Part shown: in pieces, positions 41,272-52,012 of the stretch
Layout: each line of letters begins with the position of its first letter
How positions within the stretch are numbered: the first letter of the stretch is position 1
Source of the DNA: Patescibacteria group bacterium
GTDB taxonomy: Bacteria; Patescibacteriota; Patescibacteriia; Patescibacteriales; UBA12465
Assembly (NCBI GenBank): GCA_041650715.1
Contig: JBAZKQ010000001.1
Coordinates: 723,913-787,912, forward strand
Length of the DNA: 64,000 nucleotides
Reading direction: 5' to 3'
Position numbers and translations under genes: made by a program
The notes under the pieces: model-generated
The model's database searches: none
What the model saw: only the letters and a program-made list of their open reading frames with translations
What the model was told of the DNA's origin: nothing

Positions 41272-42327
41272 TTAATTTATCTCAATATCAATAAATACCG
41301 CCTGCGGAACCTCAGCGCGAATCTTTTTCTCAATATCGTCTATCTTCTTCCCGACTAAACGCGGGACGCGATCCAGATATTCAACCGAAAACTTCATAAA
41401 ATTCTCAAAGCTTAATTTTGCATCATCGTATTCGTTTTCAAAAAAATGATGCTGCGACATTTCCTTCAAAAGAATAGAAGCGTTAAACTCCACATCGAAT
41501 TTAATCAAATATTTATTAACGTCTAAAATCGCCGATTTAAAATCAAGAATTTTTTCAATCGTCGGATCGGCATTTAATATGTCCCTGATTGTTTCTTCCA
41601 CTTCCGGTGGAATCGATTTCGTAATCAAATAGTTTCGATTTTTCGCGATTAGAACAATGGCCATCACACCGAGAAGCAAGCCAATCAAAATTGAACCGAT
41701 CGCGTCCCAATAAGTCTGCCCCGTTAAATAAACTAAACCGATACTAATTAAAGCGATAATAATCCCGATAACGGCCAAGCCATCCTCATATAAAACTGCA
41801 AGAACCGATGGGTCGGCATCGGCCAAAGCCTTTTTTAGTTTTATCTTCGGTGAAGTCAAAAGATGCTTTCGGATTTCTCGAACTGCAATTAAGAAAGTCG
41901 AGAATTCAATAACAAAGGAAACGCCTAAAATAATTATCGCCCAAATATTAAAATGAATTTCCGGTCCGTGCATGAGTGCGCTCACGCCGTGATAAACGGT
42001 AACGCCGCAACCGATGAAGAAAATGCCGCAGGCGGAGATGAGCGCCCAAATAAATCTTTCTTTACCATAACCATAATTAAATTCTTTGTCCGGCTTTTTC
42101 GCCGATGAGCGTACGCCGATAACGAGTAAAAACTGATTCGCCGTGTCGGCGAAACTATGAATCGCTTCAGAAAAAAGGGCGCCTGACCCCGTAAAAAAGA
42201 ACCCGACAAATTTAGCGGCACAGACGATAGCATTACCGATTAGGGCCGCTAAAACCGGCAAGAGACCGGAAACTTTGGGTGCTTTGGCTAATGACGCCGT
42301 CACTGGCATCTTCGCTTTAGGAAGCAT
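41272..42327 (-). CDS. cation diffusion facilitator family transporter
   Basis: 351 aa. GNAIVCAAKFVGFFFTGSGALFSEAIHSFADTANQ is the CDF signature. 5-6 TM helices plus a cytoplasmic domain. Confidence 0.8.
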   Translation of the reverse strand: MLPKAKMPVTASLAKAPKVSGLLPVLAALIGNAIVCAAKFVGFFFTGSGALFSEAIHSFADTANQFLLVIGVRSSAKKPDKEFNYGYGKERFIWALISACGIFFIGCGVTVYHGVSALMHGPEIHFNIWAIIILGVSFVIEFSTFLIAVREIRKHLLTSPKIKLKKALADADPSVLAVLYEDGLAVIGIIIALISIGLVYLTGQTYWDAIGSILIGLLLGVMAIVLIAKNRNYLITKSIPPEVEETIRDILNADPTIEKILDFKSAILDVNKYLIKFDVEFNASILLKEMSQHHFFENEYDDAKLSFENFMKFSVEYLDRVPRLVGKKIDDIEKKIRAEVPQAVFIDIEIN

Positions 42328-42394
42328 AAATTTTTTTTATTTAATATCTTTAATTTACTTTAAGAATTTAACTTGTTTTGCCGCGATCTCAATT

Positions 42395-42982
42395 TTAAGT
42401 TTTTTCAAAAATCATTAAATTATTCACCAGCCACCAGACTACTCCCTGGGCCCCCATTATCTTCTTCATTTCTTCTGTCCGCGCTTCCAAATAACGGAAT
42501 CCCTTCTCGCGAAATTTCTCAATCCAATAACTATGCGGTTGCTCATTAATATGCCCGATACTACGCGGCCCTTGACCGAGAACCGCCGCCGTAAAAATAA
42601 TATTGTCCGCGGCGTTAATTATCGTTTCCACAAGCGTGTCGGCATCCGCTTCCGGCAGATGCTCGGCTACCTCCAAGCAAAGACTAAGATCATACTTCTT
42701 GGCAAACTTATATTTTTTTGCCAAATCAAAAATTATTAGTTTGTCTTTTTCTAATAAAAATTCGGCGGCTGCCGCCGGTGAGCCGTCAAGGCCTAAGATA
42801 TCTTTAATTCCCCGACGCTGAAATTCCTGAAGATACAGGCCTGCGCCGCAACCGATGTCAACCACGCTGGCTGGCGAATAATATTTCAAAATAATATCCA
42901 CAAACTGAGCCGCCGACTTGGCTTCCAGCTTGATGGTATTTTGAAAGAATTTCCGGTCATAAATATGTGTTTCAACTGCCAT
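42395..42982 (-). CDS. class I SAM-dependent methyltransferase
   Basis: 195 aa. VVDIGCGAGLY motif I. Confidence 0.8.
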   Translation of the reverse strand: MAVETHIYDRKFFQNTIKLEAKSAAQFVDIILKYYSPASVVDIGCGAGLYLQEFQRRGIKDILGLDGSPAAAAEFLLEKDKLIIFDLAKKYKFAKKYDLSLCLEVAEHLPEADADTLVETIINAADNIIFTAAVLGQGPRSIGHINEQPHSYWIEKFREKGFRYLEARTEEMKKIMGAQGVVWWLVNNLMIFEKT

Positions 42983-43062
42983 ATATAAAATTATAAATTC
43001 GGGACACCGAGCGACTTTGGCTGTCTAATTTAAGCTTTTCGAAAATAATATGGCTTGTCATA

Positions 43063-44085
43063 TTATATTTTTAAATTATTTTTAACCATATTTAACAAAG
43101 CTTCGCCACGCTCCTCATTGTGGCCCGCCTTGAGAAACCAATAAGTCGAGGTGCGAATCGCTGTCCAATTATAATACAAATCAATTCTGGCGCGCAGACT
43201 GGCATCAAGTTCTAAGCCGGCCGCGTCTAAATATGTTTCTAAAAAAATATTTTTAATTTTATCCGCAAATAAAGAATCGCTAACTTTCATATTTATTTTA
43301 TACTCGACTTGCTGAATAAATGCTCCCAAGTCGCGGGCGAAATCGCTTAAGCATAAATCCGTAAAATCGATTAGGCCGATCCTATCCTCTCCCGTTTTAA
43401 TGATATTTTCCGGATGAGCGTCACCATGGATTAATTTTAGCGGTGCGCCGGACGCGAAGAAAACGGCCTCGCGCTTGGCCAAAATATCATAAATCGCCTC
43501 AAGCGTCGGCGTATACTTGCCATGATAGCGCGCTCTCATTTCGGAAAAAATCATGGCTGTCCCCGGAATAACGGTTTGAATACGAGCATTTAAGGGGTTA
43601 AAATTAGCTTCCGGCCCGACAGATAGCGCATGCAGTCGCGCAAACAGTTCAGCCGATTCACGGGTAATTTTCTCGATACTCGCCCTATCTTTATTAATAA
43701 TATAATGGAGCAAATTTTCGCCGTTCAAGGCGCGATAAAAAGTGCCATTAAAATGGTGCGAAAAAAATAAAGGGCGCGGTAAATCGATTCCCGACCGGTT
43801 AATTTTTTTCTCCCAAAGATAATTAAGGCCAATAAAGACATTCTCCCGCGCCTCGTCGCTGTGCGCGGAACAAATAATCGGAATCTTTATTTCTTTTTTT
43901 CCCTTCGCTAAAAAATAAACATTAAAACCGATCACGACGTGATAGGTTGTCTCCCAGATTAATTTTTTGTACGGTTTTATTTCAACGCGCTTTATCTCCT
44001 TAAAGGCCGGATAAAGCGGTAATAATTTACGGCGGAAATAATCAAGTACAAACGCCTCGTCAAATAATTGCCAGATTTTATTCAT
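43063..44085 (-). CDS. phosphotransferase (APH/choline-kinase fold), possibly maltokinase-like given the neighbours
   Basis: 340 aa. LIHGDAHPENII...GLIDFTD is the Brenner/catalytic loop. 8-nt overlap with the GH57 gene. Confidence 0.6.
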   Translation of the reverse strand: MNKIWQLFDEAFVLDYFRRKLLPLYPAFKEIKRVEIKPYKKLIWETTYHVVIGFNVYFLAKGKKEIKIPIICSAHSDEARENVFIGLNYLWEKKINRSGIDLPRPLFFSHHFNGTFYRALNGENLLHYIINKDRASIEKITRESAELFARLHALSVGPEANFNPLNARIQTVIPGTAMIFSEMRARYHGKYTPTLEAIYDILAKREAVFFASGAPLKLIHGDAHPENIIKTGEDRIGLIDFTDLCLSDFARDLGAFIQQVEYKINMKVSDSLFADKIKNIFLETYLDAAGLELDASLRARIDLYYNWTAIRTSTYWFLKAGHNEERGEALLNMVKNNLKI

Positions 44086-45262
44086 ATTGTTTCTTCCAGT
44101 GTTTTTTCCAATGCTCTTCCCAAATTAATTTTTTAATCTTTAAATAATATTTTTCCGCTTCGATTTTTGCTTTTTTTGTTTTCTGATCATTAAGCGAGCG
44201 AATACTTCGAACTAAATCTTCCAAACCGCGTTCAATATCGTCCGGGCTCCAGGCGTAGGGACCAAAAATTTTCGAAAAATCGCGGGCGCTCGCCCACCAG
44301 AAAGTGCAACTGGCGAGTCCGCGCGCCAAATGCCAGCGATACCAATAATAATTTTTATCTTTTTTATATTTTTTCTCCAAATCTAAAGCGAGTTTCGCTA
44401 AGCGCCAAAGCAGAACCTGAATCTTATTGTTTTTATTCTGCCAGAGGCTATAGGCTTCGCCGGCCTTAACTTCCTTGGCCGTGCTTTCCCAGGAAGAGGG
44501 CCAAATCTTAACTTTTTGCGTGCCCGTCTTCGGCATTCTTTTTAAATAAGCCGATAAGGTCATGGTTGTTATCTCCCGGCTTTTCACAATTTTTTCCATT
44601 TCTCCGGTCGGGTCCTCATGGCGCAAACCATAAAGCTCGGCGTCAGTCGCGGTCAATAACTGCGCCGGCATCTTTTTCTCCTTCAAGAAAGATAGAATTT
44701 TATCGGGGGGATAAGCGCTCGAGATTTCCCGGTCGCGGAATAAAACTTTTAGGCCGCTTGCCTCATCGATATATAAATGATTAATATCCGGTCTTATTTT
44801 CTCGCCCCCGCTAAAAGCAATCTCATCTAAAATCAACCACTGATAACCTAAGCGCTTAATAATTTTAGCGACCGCCGGCGCATAGGCCATTTCCGGCAAG
44901 AAAAAGCCGCTCGCCTTAAAGCTTTTCCCAAATACCTTACGGAGCATTTTTTCGTTTTCTTTAATTTGCCGAATAACTTCCTCTTCCGGTAAGAGCGGCA
45001 AGAAACCGTGATAATAAGCGGAGCCGGTTAATTCAATCCTTCCCTTTTTCACCAAAAATTTTAAGCGCTCGAGGAAAGCTTTTTCTTTAGCCTCAAGCAA
45101 GCGCTCAAGCAGGCAGCCACTAATATTAAAAGTCATTTTTATTTCCGGGTGTTCTTCAAGCAAACGCAAAAGACGCCAATAGCTTTTATCAAGCGCTTTG
45201 CGGATATTATAAAATTCGGCGTTGGCGGGCTGATAAAAATGTAGAAAATTAAGCCACAGCAT
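44078..45262 (-). CDS. glycoside hydrolase family 57 protein
   Basis: 394 aa. FLHFYQP, GRIELTGSAYYHGFLPL, FFLPEMAY and WLILDE match the GH57 conserved regions. Confidence 0.7.
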   Translation of the reverse strand: MLWLNFLHFYQPANAEFYNIRKALDKSYWRLLRLLEEHPEIKMTFNISGCLLERLLEAKEKAFLERLKFLVKKGRIELTGSAYYHGFLPLLPEEEVIRQIKENEKMLRKVFGKSFKASGFFLPEMAYAPAVAKIIKRLGYQWLILDEIAFSGGEKIRPDINHLYIDEASGLKVLFRDREISSAYPPDKILSFLKEKKMPAQLLTATDAELYGLRHEDPTGEMEKIVKSREITTMTLSAYLKRMPKTGTQKVKIWPSSWESTAKEVKAGEAYSLWQNKNNKIQVLLWRLAKLALDLEKKYKKDKNYYWYRWHLARGLASCTFWWASARDFSKIFGPYAWSPDDIERGLEDLVRSIRSLNDQKTKKAKIEAEKYYLKIKKLIWEEHWKKHWKKQYE

Positions 45263-45265
45263 AAA

Positions 45266-46732
45266 TTATTTTTTTAAGGCCTTTTTATATAGCTCTAAAT
45301 ATTTTTGCGCCGGTATCTCCCAGCTGCTTGATTGCTTCATGGCCCGCTTCACTAATTTTTCCCAAGCCTTCTTATGTTTAAAATTTTCCAGAGCTCGAAT
45401 AATCGTCATATAGAACATCGACTCGTCGTCATCTTGAAAATTAAAACCATTCCCCGTGTCTTTAATCGGATCATAATTTTCGACTGTATCGTAAAGACCG
45501 CCGATAGCGCGCACCACCGGAATACAGCCGTAGCGCATCGCAATTAATTGATTGAGGCCGCAGGGTTCGTGCACCGACGGCAGCAAAAATAAATCACTCC
45601 CCGCATAAACTAAAGTTTCATACTTCTGATTGGCGGCGTGCGAAGGAATAACAATAATTTTACTGGGATTTTTCGTCGCAATTTGCTGTAATTTTTTTAA
45701 ATAAGTTTTATCACCCGTACCAATAATAATAAATTGGGCATCAAGCTTTAAAAGTTGAGGCAATAATTTAATAATAAGTTCAAAACCTTTCTGGAAAGTC
45801 ACTCGGGAGGTCGTACATAAAATCGGCATGTTTTTATCAATCGGTAATAAAAACTTTTTCTGCAGCGCCACTTTATTATCCATTTTAGCGGCCGGGTTCG
45901 CGGCCGTGTAGTTTTTAGAGAGCCCCGCGTCACGCGCCGGGTTATAAGCGTTATAATCAATGCCGTTAACAATGCCGAATAAATGGTCCGCGCGATTTTT
46001 TAGGGTTCGCTGCAAATCCTGACCGAATTTCTTGGTCATAATTTCTTCGCGATATTGTTCACTCACGGTATTTATAATATCGGCCGAGCGAATCGCACGC
46101 TTGGCAAAATTAATATCTTCTAAGCGCGGGTCGCTTAAATGCGGCAGTTTGCCGCGTCCGTAATCCTTGCGGTCGAGCGGAATTTCCCACCAATTATGGC
46201 CGAGCTGAAAAATTAAATTATGAATCGTAAAAATAGTTTTTGCCTTCTTCAAAGTTTTAGAATAACGGAAATCCGTTTTTAAATAATAGGGGATAAGACC
46301 GGTCTGCCAATCGTGGCAATGGATAATATCAGCCGAGAACTTTAAGAGCGATAATAATTTAAGGGCGGCCACGCTAAAAACTAAGAAGCGGGCGTTTTCA
46401 TGGATCGAACCATAAATCCGTTTATGCTTGGAAAAAAAGCTTTTATTCTCGACGAAATATACGGGCAGATCATTCATTAAATAACCCCGCCAATAATTAA
46501 CCTTTACCGTCTCGAGTGAATTAAGACGGAGTTCGATATTTTCAAATATTAACTCTAAGTTAAATTCTTTTTTATCGATTGTTCTCCCGTAAAGAGGCGT
46601 AATCAAAATGACCTCCTGTCCTAAACGCTTAAGCGCTTTCGGCAGACTACGAGCCACATCACCTAAGCCACCGGTTTTAGAAAAGGGTGCGACCTCGGAA
46701 GCGATATGAACAATTTTTAATTTTTTGGACAT
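45266..46732 (-). CDS. glgA: glycogen synthase
   Basis: 488 aa. IVHIASEVAPFSKTGGLGDV N-terminus, GT5 family. Confidence 0.9.
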   Translation of the reverse strand: MSKKLKIVHIASEVAPFSKTGGLGDVARSLPKALKRLGQEVILITPLYGRTIDKKEFNLELIFENIELRLNSLETVKVNYWRGYLMNDLPVYFVENKSFFSKHKRIYGSIHENARFLVFSVAALKLLSLLKFSADIIHCHDWQTGLIPYYLKTDFRYSKTLKKAKTIFTIHNLIFQLGHNWWEIPLDRKDYGRGKLPHLSDPRLEDINFAKRAIRSADIINTVSEQYREEIMTKKFGQDLQRTLKNRADHLFGIVNGIDYNAYNPARDAGLSKNYTAANPAAKMDNKVALQKKFLLPIDKNMPILCTTSRVTFQKGFELIIKLLPQLLKLDAQFIIIGTGDKTYLKKLQQIATKNPSKIIVIPSHAANQKYETLVYAGSDLFLLPSVHEPCGLNQLIAMRYGCIPVVRAIGGLYDTVENYDPIKDTGNGFNFQDDDESMFYMTIIRALENFKHKKAWEKLVKRAMKQSSSWEIPAQKYLELYKKALKK

Positions 46733-47211
46733 AGCTTAGAATTTAAACCGCAAATGGCAACGGCGAGAGCGTCGGCCGCATCATCGGGTTGAGGTAATTC
46801 TTTTAAATTAAGAATTAATTTAACCATTTTTTGTACCTGCAATTTCGAAGCCTGGCCGTAAGCCGAGACCGCCGACTTAACTTGCGAGGGCGTATAGTCA
46901 AAAGTAGCCAATTTATTTTGTTTAAGCGTTAAGAGTACGACGCCGCGGGCCTGGCCGACAATGAGCGCCGTCCGCACGTTCTTATTAAAAAATAATTGCT
47001 CAATGCTGGCGTAATCCGGTCTATACTGCTTAATTATTTTATCGAGTTCCGTGTGCAAAATTTCCAGACGGGAAATTAAATCAAGTTTCGCACTCGTTTT
47101 TATCGAGCCGTAACACAAGCAGTCAAGCCGGCTGCCTTCGGATTTAATAACCCCATAGCCGGTGTCGGCTATTCCCGGGTCGATGCCTAAAATTATTTTT
47201 ACGCTCGCCAT
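46717..47211 (-). CDS. ruvC: crossover junction endodeoxyribonuclease RuvC
   Basis: 164 aa. ILGIDPGIADTGYGVI ... DAADALAVAIC. Confidence 0.9.
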   Translation of the reverse strand: MASVKIILGIDPGIADTGYGVIKSEGSRLDCLCYGSIKTSAKLDLISRLEILHTELDKIIKQYRPDYASIEQLFFNKNVRTALIVGQARGVVLLTLKQNKLATFDYTPSQVKSAVSAYGQASKLQVQKMVKLILNLKELPQPDDAADALAVAICGLNSKLCPKN

Positions 47212-47222
47212 AATTTCCGGCT

Positions 47223-47942
47223 TTAAGCCAAATTAGTGTAATAGTCACTCACATCTTCGTTTTCATCGAGTGCTTCAATAAATTTTTCCATCTTTTCCTT
47301 ACTGTCAGCGGGTAATTCCAATTTTTCTTTGGCGACATACTCAATATCGGCCGACTCGGTTTTCAGGTCCTTAGCTTCTAAAAACTCTTTGATGCTTTGC
47401 AGGTCCTTAATTTCCGTATAAACCGTAATACCCTCTTCTTCCTTTTGGAAGTCACTAATATTTAAATCGATTAATTCAAGTTCTAATTCTTCATTGCTTA
47501 ATTTTTTCGCTTTAATTTCCTCGCTCGCAATCCGAATTACTCCCAATTGCGAAAAATTCCACATGACCGCGCCGAAAGCCCCGCCATTTTTGGTAAATAA
47601 ATGACGGACGGTCGAACCGCTGCGATTTTTATTATCTGTTACGCACTTAACGACTACCTGAATTCCCGGCGGCATGATGCCTTCATAGAATAATTCTTCG
47701 AGAATCGCTCCCCCAAGTTCACCGGTGCCCTTTTTTATCGCCCGTTCAATATTGTCCTTCGGCATACTCGCGTCGCGCGCCCGATCAACTGCCGCGCGCA
47801 GCGAAGGGTTGCCATTCGGGTCACCGCCTTTACGGGCAGCAATCGTAATTATATTGGCCAGTTTTGTAAAAACGGCGCCGCGCTTAGCGTCCACCAATTC
47901 TTTTTGGCGATGCGTTGTCGCCCACTTTGAGTGTCCAGACAT
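47223..47942 (-). CDS. yebC: YebC/PmpR family DNA-binding regulator
   Basis: 239 aa. MSGHSKWATTHRQKELVDAKRGAVFTKL. Confidence 0.9.
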   Translation of the reverse strand: MSGHSKWATTHRQKELVDAKRGAVFTKLANIITIAARKGGDPNGNPSLRAAVDRARDASMPKDNIERAIKKGTGELGGAILEELFYEGIMPPGIQVVVKCVTDNKNRSGSTVRHLFTKNGGAFGAVMWNFSQLGVIRIASEEIKAKKLSNEELELELIDLNISDFQKEEEGITVYTEIKDLQSIKEFLEAKDLKTESADIEYVAKEKLELPADSKEKMEKFIEALDENEDVSDYYTNLA

Positions 47943-47982
47943 AAATTAAATTCGTTAATAATCACTTTTATCCTACCCCAAA

Positions 47983-48011
47983 TTGAAATTAAAATCAAGA
48001 TGAATTATAAT
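47983..48011 (+). promoter_or_regulatory. sigma70-like promoter
   Basis: TTGAAA, 17 nt, TATAAT. The -10 ends 28 nt upstream of ATG 48040. Confidence 0.55.
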
Positions 48012-48039
48012 AAAAACATAAGTAAAATAAAGCAAAAAT

Positions 48040-48957
48040 ATGAATTACAATAAATTGCCTAGTCTTGACGAAAGTGTTATCGCCGCCCTCGACTTCTTTG
48101 TAAAAAATAATCCGCCCCATTTAAATCTTAAACCCTATTCCCTGCCTATCGTTGTCGGGAGCGGCAATGCCTATAATACCGCCCAAATTATTTTTGCCGG
48201 GCGTCCGGCGATTATCGCCAATGAAAGTAACTTCAAGACAATCTTAACCGGTTACAGGAAATTAATTAGTAGTAAGACTATCAGCCAGGCAATTATTATT
48301 TCTGCTTCCGGCGAAAAAGATTCGATTTGGGAAATTAAATTAGCCAAGAAAAGTAAATTAAAAACCGTTCTCATTACTTGTAATTCGGACTCGAGCGCAG
48401 CCAAATTAGCGGATCAAGTCGTCGCCTATAAAAAGCTCCCCGAACCTTATACTTATAATGTCTCTACGTATTTGGGTATGATTTTATCGGCCGGCCAAGA
48501 AGAGTCTCGCGGAATCAAAGAATTTATCAGTAAAATTAAGTTACCGGCTAATTTCAAAAAATATAATGCCTTCTCCTTTATTCTGCCTGACGAATTTGGC
48601 GCTATTTCTCCCATGCTTGAGATTAAACGCAATGAATTATTCGGTCCCTATATTTCCCTACGCGCTTTTAGCTTCGGCGAGGCGCGCCATGCTAAATTCG
48701 TGAATAATTCAGACAAGGAACTGGTGATTAGTTTCGGCGACAATAAATATTTCGGCCTAAAAGGAAATCGCTGGGAAATTAAAATACCACGTAACGCCGG
48801 CAATAGCTTTATTATGGCTTTAAGCTATTATCTAATCGGTAAAATCCAAGAGTCGAAAACACCCTATTTTAAGAAAAACATCGCTGATTTCTGTAAAGAA
48901 GGACCTTTAGCCTATGGCAGTAAGCGGCCGTTTGATATTATTGTCCCAGGAAATTAG
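48040..48957 (+). CDS. hypothetical protein (weak SIS/sugar-phosphate-binding-like pattern)
   Basis: 305 aa. VVGSGNAYNTAQ...IIISASGEK...LITCNSDS resembles SIS-domain segments. Low certainty. Confidence 0.5.
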   Translation: MNYNKLPSLDESVIAALDFFVKNNPPHLNLKPYSLPIVVGSGNAYNTAQIIFAGRPAIIANESNFKTILTGYRKLISSKTISQAIIISASGEKDSIWEIKLAKKSKLKTVLITCNSDSSAAKLADQVVAYKKLPEPYTYNVSTYLGMILSAGQEESRGIKEFISKIKLPANFKKYNAFSFILPDEFGAISPMLEIKRNELFGPYISLRAFSFGEARHAKFVNNSDKELVISFGDNKYFGLKGNRWEIKIPRNAGNSFIMALSYYLIGKIQESKTPYFKKNIADFCKEGPLAYGSKRPFDIIVPGN

Positions 48958-49014
48958 ATTAATATTAGCTTAATTATTAGCAAGTCATAAAAGCCCCAAA
49001 TCAAGGGGCTTTTA

Positions 49015-49044
49015 TTGACAAAAATAGCAATATCGTGCTATAGT
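49015..49044 (+). promoter_or_regulatory. sigma70-like promoter after a terminator hairpin
   Basis: TTGACA, 18 nt, TATAGT. Preceded by the AAAAGCCCC..GGGGCTTTTATT hairpin (48989-49014). Confidence 0.55.
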
Positions 49045-49125
49045 GACACCTGTTAGATACAGAAGAATTGTAATTAAATCAAAAACCCCTACTCGGTAAT
49101 GAGTAGATCTTTAAAAACTTAGAAA

Positions 49126-49683
49126 ATGGAAAAAAAAATTAGACCGGCGAGCATTTTTATTGCTCTGAGTTTTCTGGCAATCGGCGGCACAGCACTTTTT
49201 ATGGGTATTAAAATAATAATTCCCCACTGGCCCACCATTGTTCAAGCTTCAAGCAGCGCAGCAATCTATACCGCAATTATTTCGGTAGCTGCCTGCTGCG
49301 GTACATTTTATGCGCTTGGTAAGGATTTTAAATTTTTATCAGTAAAAGTAGGCAAAAAAATCATTCTTTCAAGCATTGTCATTTTTACTATAAACACATT
49401 CGCTCTATTCAATAAATTCGGTCTCTTAAACTTGTGGCTAATTATTCTTGGCGGACTCTTCCTTCTGAGTTTGCTCTACCTGACCTACCGGTATTTAGAA
49501 AATGACAAGGATAGTAATTTGCCCATGGTTCTCGCCATTTTCCTGCTTATCGGTTTCATGTACTATTTAGACGCGATTATTTTTTCTTGGAACCAACCCT
49601 ATTTAAGCGGTCTAAGCGCTCTTTTAATAACCGTTAAATTTATTAATTCCTTGTTTCCAAACAGACTTAAAAAAAGAATTTAA
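49126..49683 (+). CDS. hypothetical polytopic membrane protein
   Basis: 185 aa with ~5 hydrophobic helices. Confidence 0.6.
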   Translation: MEKKIRPASIFIALSFLAIGGTALFMGIKIIIPHWPTIVQASSSAAIYTAIISVAACCGTFYALGKDFKFLSVKVGKKIILSSIVIFTINTFALFNKFGLLNLWLIILGGLFLLSLLYLTYRYLENDKDSNLPMVLAIFLLIGFMYYLDAIIFSWNQPYLSGLSALLITVKFINSLFPNRLKKRI

Positions 49684-49776
49684 CGATTAATATTTCGGTG
49701 CCTTAAAGCGCCGGAAACAATAAAGCCTCGCAAGCAATGCGAGGCTCTTTTATTTTAAAATCTAAAACACAAATAC

Positions 49777-50523
49777 TTATTTTTTCTTTTCCGTTTTTCC
49801 CTGATTTTCAATTTTCGCAATCGCCGCTTTCAGTTCTTTCGGGCTTGCCAAAAAATAATGTCGAATCGGTTTCAACTTAGCGTCGAGTTCATAAACCAAG
49901 GGAATCCCCGTCGGGATATTAAGGTTCGTGATTTCTCCGGCCGGAACTTTATCTAAATATTTAATAAGCGCCCGCAGACTATTGCCGCTTGCCGCAATAA
50001 TTATTTTCTTGCCCGCTTTAATCTGCGGCGCAATTTCATTTTGCCAGAGAGGTGTCACGCGCAGGACAACATCTTTTAAACTTTCTGCTTCCGGCACTTT
50101 AATGCCTTTATATTTCGGATCATTTTTCTGATTATACTGATTAGCCTTAGCAATCTTCGGTGGGCGAACCGAATAGCTCCGGCGCCAAATTAAAACCTGC
50201 TTTTCGCCGAATTTCGCAGCCATCTCTTTTTTATTTAAACCCTGCAAATTGCCATAATGGCGCTCGTTAAGGCGCCAATCAATGACAACGGGAATTTTTG
50301 TTAATTTTAGGAAATGTAAAACTATATTTAAAGTGCGCGACGCGCGTACTAAAAGTGAGGAATAGGCTAAATCAAAAGTGTAGCCCTTTTTTTTAAATTC
50401 ACGCGCAGCCTTTTCCGCTTCTTTAACTCCGGCGGCCGTTAAATTAACGTCGGTCCACCCGGTAAATAAACCCTTTTTATTCCAAACACTTTCACCATGA
50501 CGCAGTAAAACAATTTTATACAT
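49777..50523 (-). CDS. gpmA: 2,3-bisphosphoglycerate-dependent phosphoglycerate mutase
   Basis: 248 aa. LLRHGESVWNKKGLFTGWTDVNLT. Confidence 0.9.
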   Translation of the reverse strand: MYKIVLLRHGESVWNKKGLFTGWTDVNLTAAGVKEAEKAAREFKKKGYTFDLAYSSLLVRASRTLNIVLHFLKLTKIPVVIDWRLNERHYGNLQGLNKKEMAAKFGEKQVLIWRRSYSVRPPKIAKANQYNQKNDPKYKGIKVPEAESLKDVVLRVTPLWQNEIAPQIKAGKKIIIAASGNSLRALIKYLDKVPAGEITNLNIPTGIPLVYELDAKLKPIRHYFLASPKELKAAIAKIENQGKTEKKK

Positions 50524-50603
50524 AATTGAACCTATTAAAATTATTAATTTTATTATATCATAAATTGACTATAAAAGTTCAAAAATGATAGTATAGTTAT
50601 GAG

Positions 50604-52001
50604 TTGAATAAATATATAAATACACAGCCACCAAGACAATTCAAGAAAATAGCCGTAGAAATCGGTCTGATTACGATAAAAGGCACTGTTTTACTGAAAA
50701 AACTACTGGCTTTCCCTTTCCGGCTAATCGCCGGTTTTTTTCGTTGGGTCTTCAAGCTGCTTTTTTATAAAATATTAGTCAAAATATACTATCAATTATT
50801 CCGCCTCCGCAAGCTCGGTTTTATTAAACACTCGCCGCTCGAGTTATTTCGCCGCCAATCGGTTTATTTCTTTATTTTTGGTTTGCTGGTTATTGTTTTG
50901 ACAATAAATTTTAGCGCTACAAAACGCGCCAGCGCTATGGACACTAAGATACCCAAAACCGTTATGTTTCAATTAGTAGCGACCGACTTTAGTGTAACGG
51001 CGGCAGACGACTTAATCGAGGAAATTGCCTCGCCCAATAGCGTTCTCACGGCCGGCAAAGACAAATATATCGACGACTCCTGCAGTTTGCCAAAACAAAC
51101 AATTATCAATTCGACTGATGAGAGCGATCAATTCAACTCTTTTTCTTTTGACGAAAACAGCGACTTAGTTTTCAAACCCGAACTGATTACTCCCGGCTCC
51201 AGTGCAGATAACGGCAGTTCGGCCACAGCCCGCACGGAAATTGTTGAATACACTGTTCAGAACGGCGATACAGTTTCTTCAATTGCGCATCGCTTTGGTA
51301 TAACCATCAACACAATTCTGTGGGCCAATAACTTGACCGCCTATAGTTTAATTCGCCCGGGTGACTCCTTGAGTATTTTACCCTATAGCGGCGTTTTGTA
51401 TGTCGTAAAGAAAGGAGATACCCTGGCCAGAATTGCTCAGCTATATGATGTCGAGTTAGATAAAATATTAAGCTGTAATAATTTAGGCAACAGCATTGCG
51501 GTTGGCGAAAAAATTGTCGTGCCGGGTGCCCAAAAAATTAACACCGCCGTCGCTGTCAAAAAACCAAGCGCCAGTTATACCGGTATTTCCGTAATTAAAG
51601 ATTTAATTTCCAGTCCGGGCGTTAAAGCGAGCGGCAATAAAATGGTTTGGCCGACAGTTGGCGCGAGGATCACTCAATATTATGGTGCCGTTCATACTGG
51701 AGTTGATATTGCCAATAAGGTCGGGACGGCAATTTATGCGGCTGATGACGGTGTTGTTCTTATTTCCCAAGGCGGTTATAATGGCGGCTATGGTAACACG
51801 ATTGTTATTGATCATGGCGGCGGCGTAAAAACACGTTACGGTCATGCTTCGAAGCTTTATGTTAAGGCCGGGCAAACTGTCACCAAGGGACAAGTGATTG
51901 CCGCGATGGGCTCAACCGGACGTTCAACCGGATCGCACCTGCATTTCGAAGTACTTGTTAACGGAGCGCGGCGCAATCCTTTAAACTATATTAAATACTA
52001 A
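50604..52001 (+). CDS. LysM-domain M23 family metallopeptidase
   Basis: 465 aa. TM anchor, two LysM repeats (YTVQNGDTVSSIAHRFG.., YVVKKGDTLARIAQLY..), and M23 motifs HTGVDI and GSTGRSTGSHLHFE. The TTG start is uncertain. Confidence 0.8.
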   Translation: MNKYINTQPPRQFKKIAVEIGLITIKGTVLLKKLLAFPFRLIAGFFRWVFKLLFYKILVKIYYQLFRLRKLGFIKHSPLELFRRQSVYFFIFGLLVIVLTINFSATKRASAMDTKIPKTVMFQLVATDFSVTAADDLIEEIASPNSVLTAGKDKYIDDSCSLPKQTIINSTDESDQFNSFSFDENSDLVFKPELITPGSSADNGSSATARTEIVEYTVQNGDTVSSIAHRFGITINTILWANNLTAYSLIRPGDSLSILPYSGVLYVVKKGDTLARIAQLYDVELDKILSCNNLGNSIAVGEKIVVPGAQKINTAVAVKKPSASYTGISVIKDLISSPGVKASGNKMVWPTVGARITQYYGAVHTGVDIANKVGTAIYAADDGVVLISQGGYNGGYGNTIVIDHGGGVKTRYGHASKLYVKAGQTVTKGQVIAAMGSTGRSTGSHLHFEVLVNGARRNPLNYIKY

Positions 52002-52012
52002 AATAAACAAGT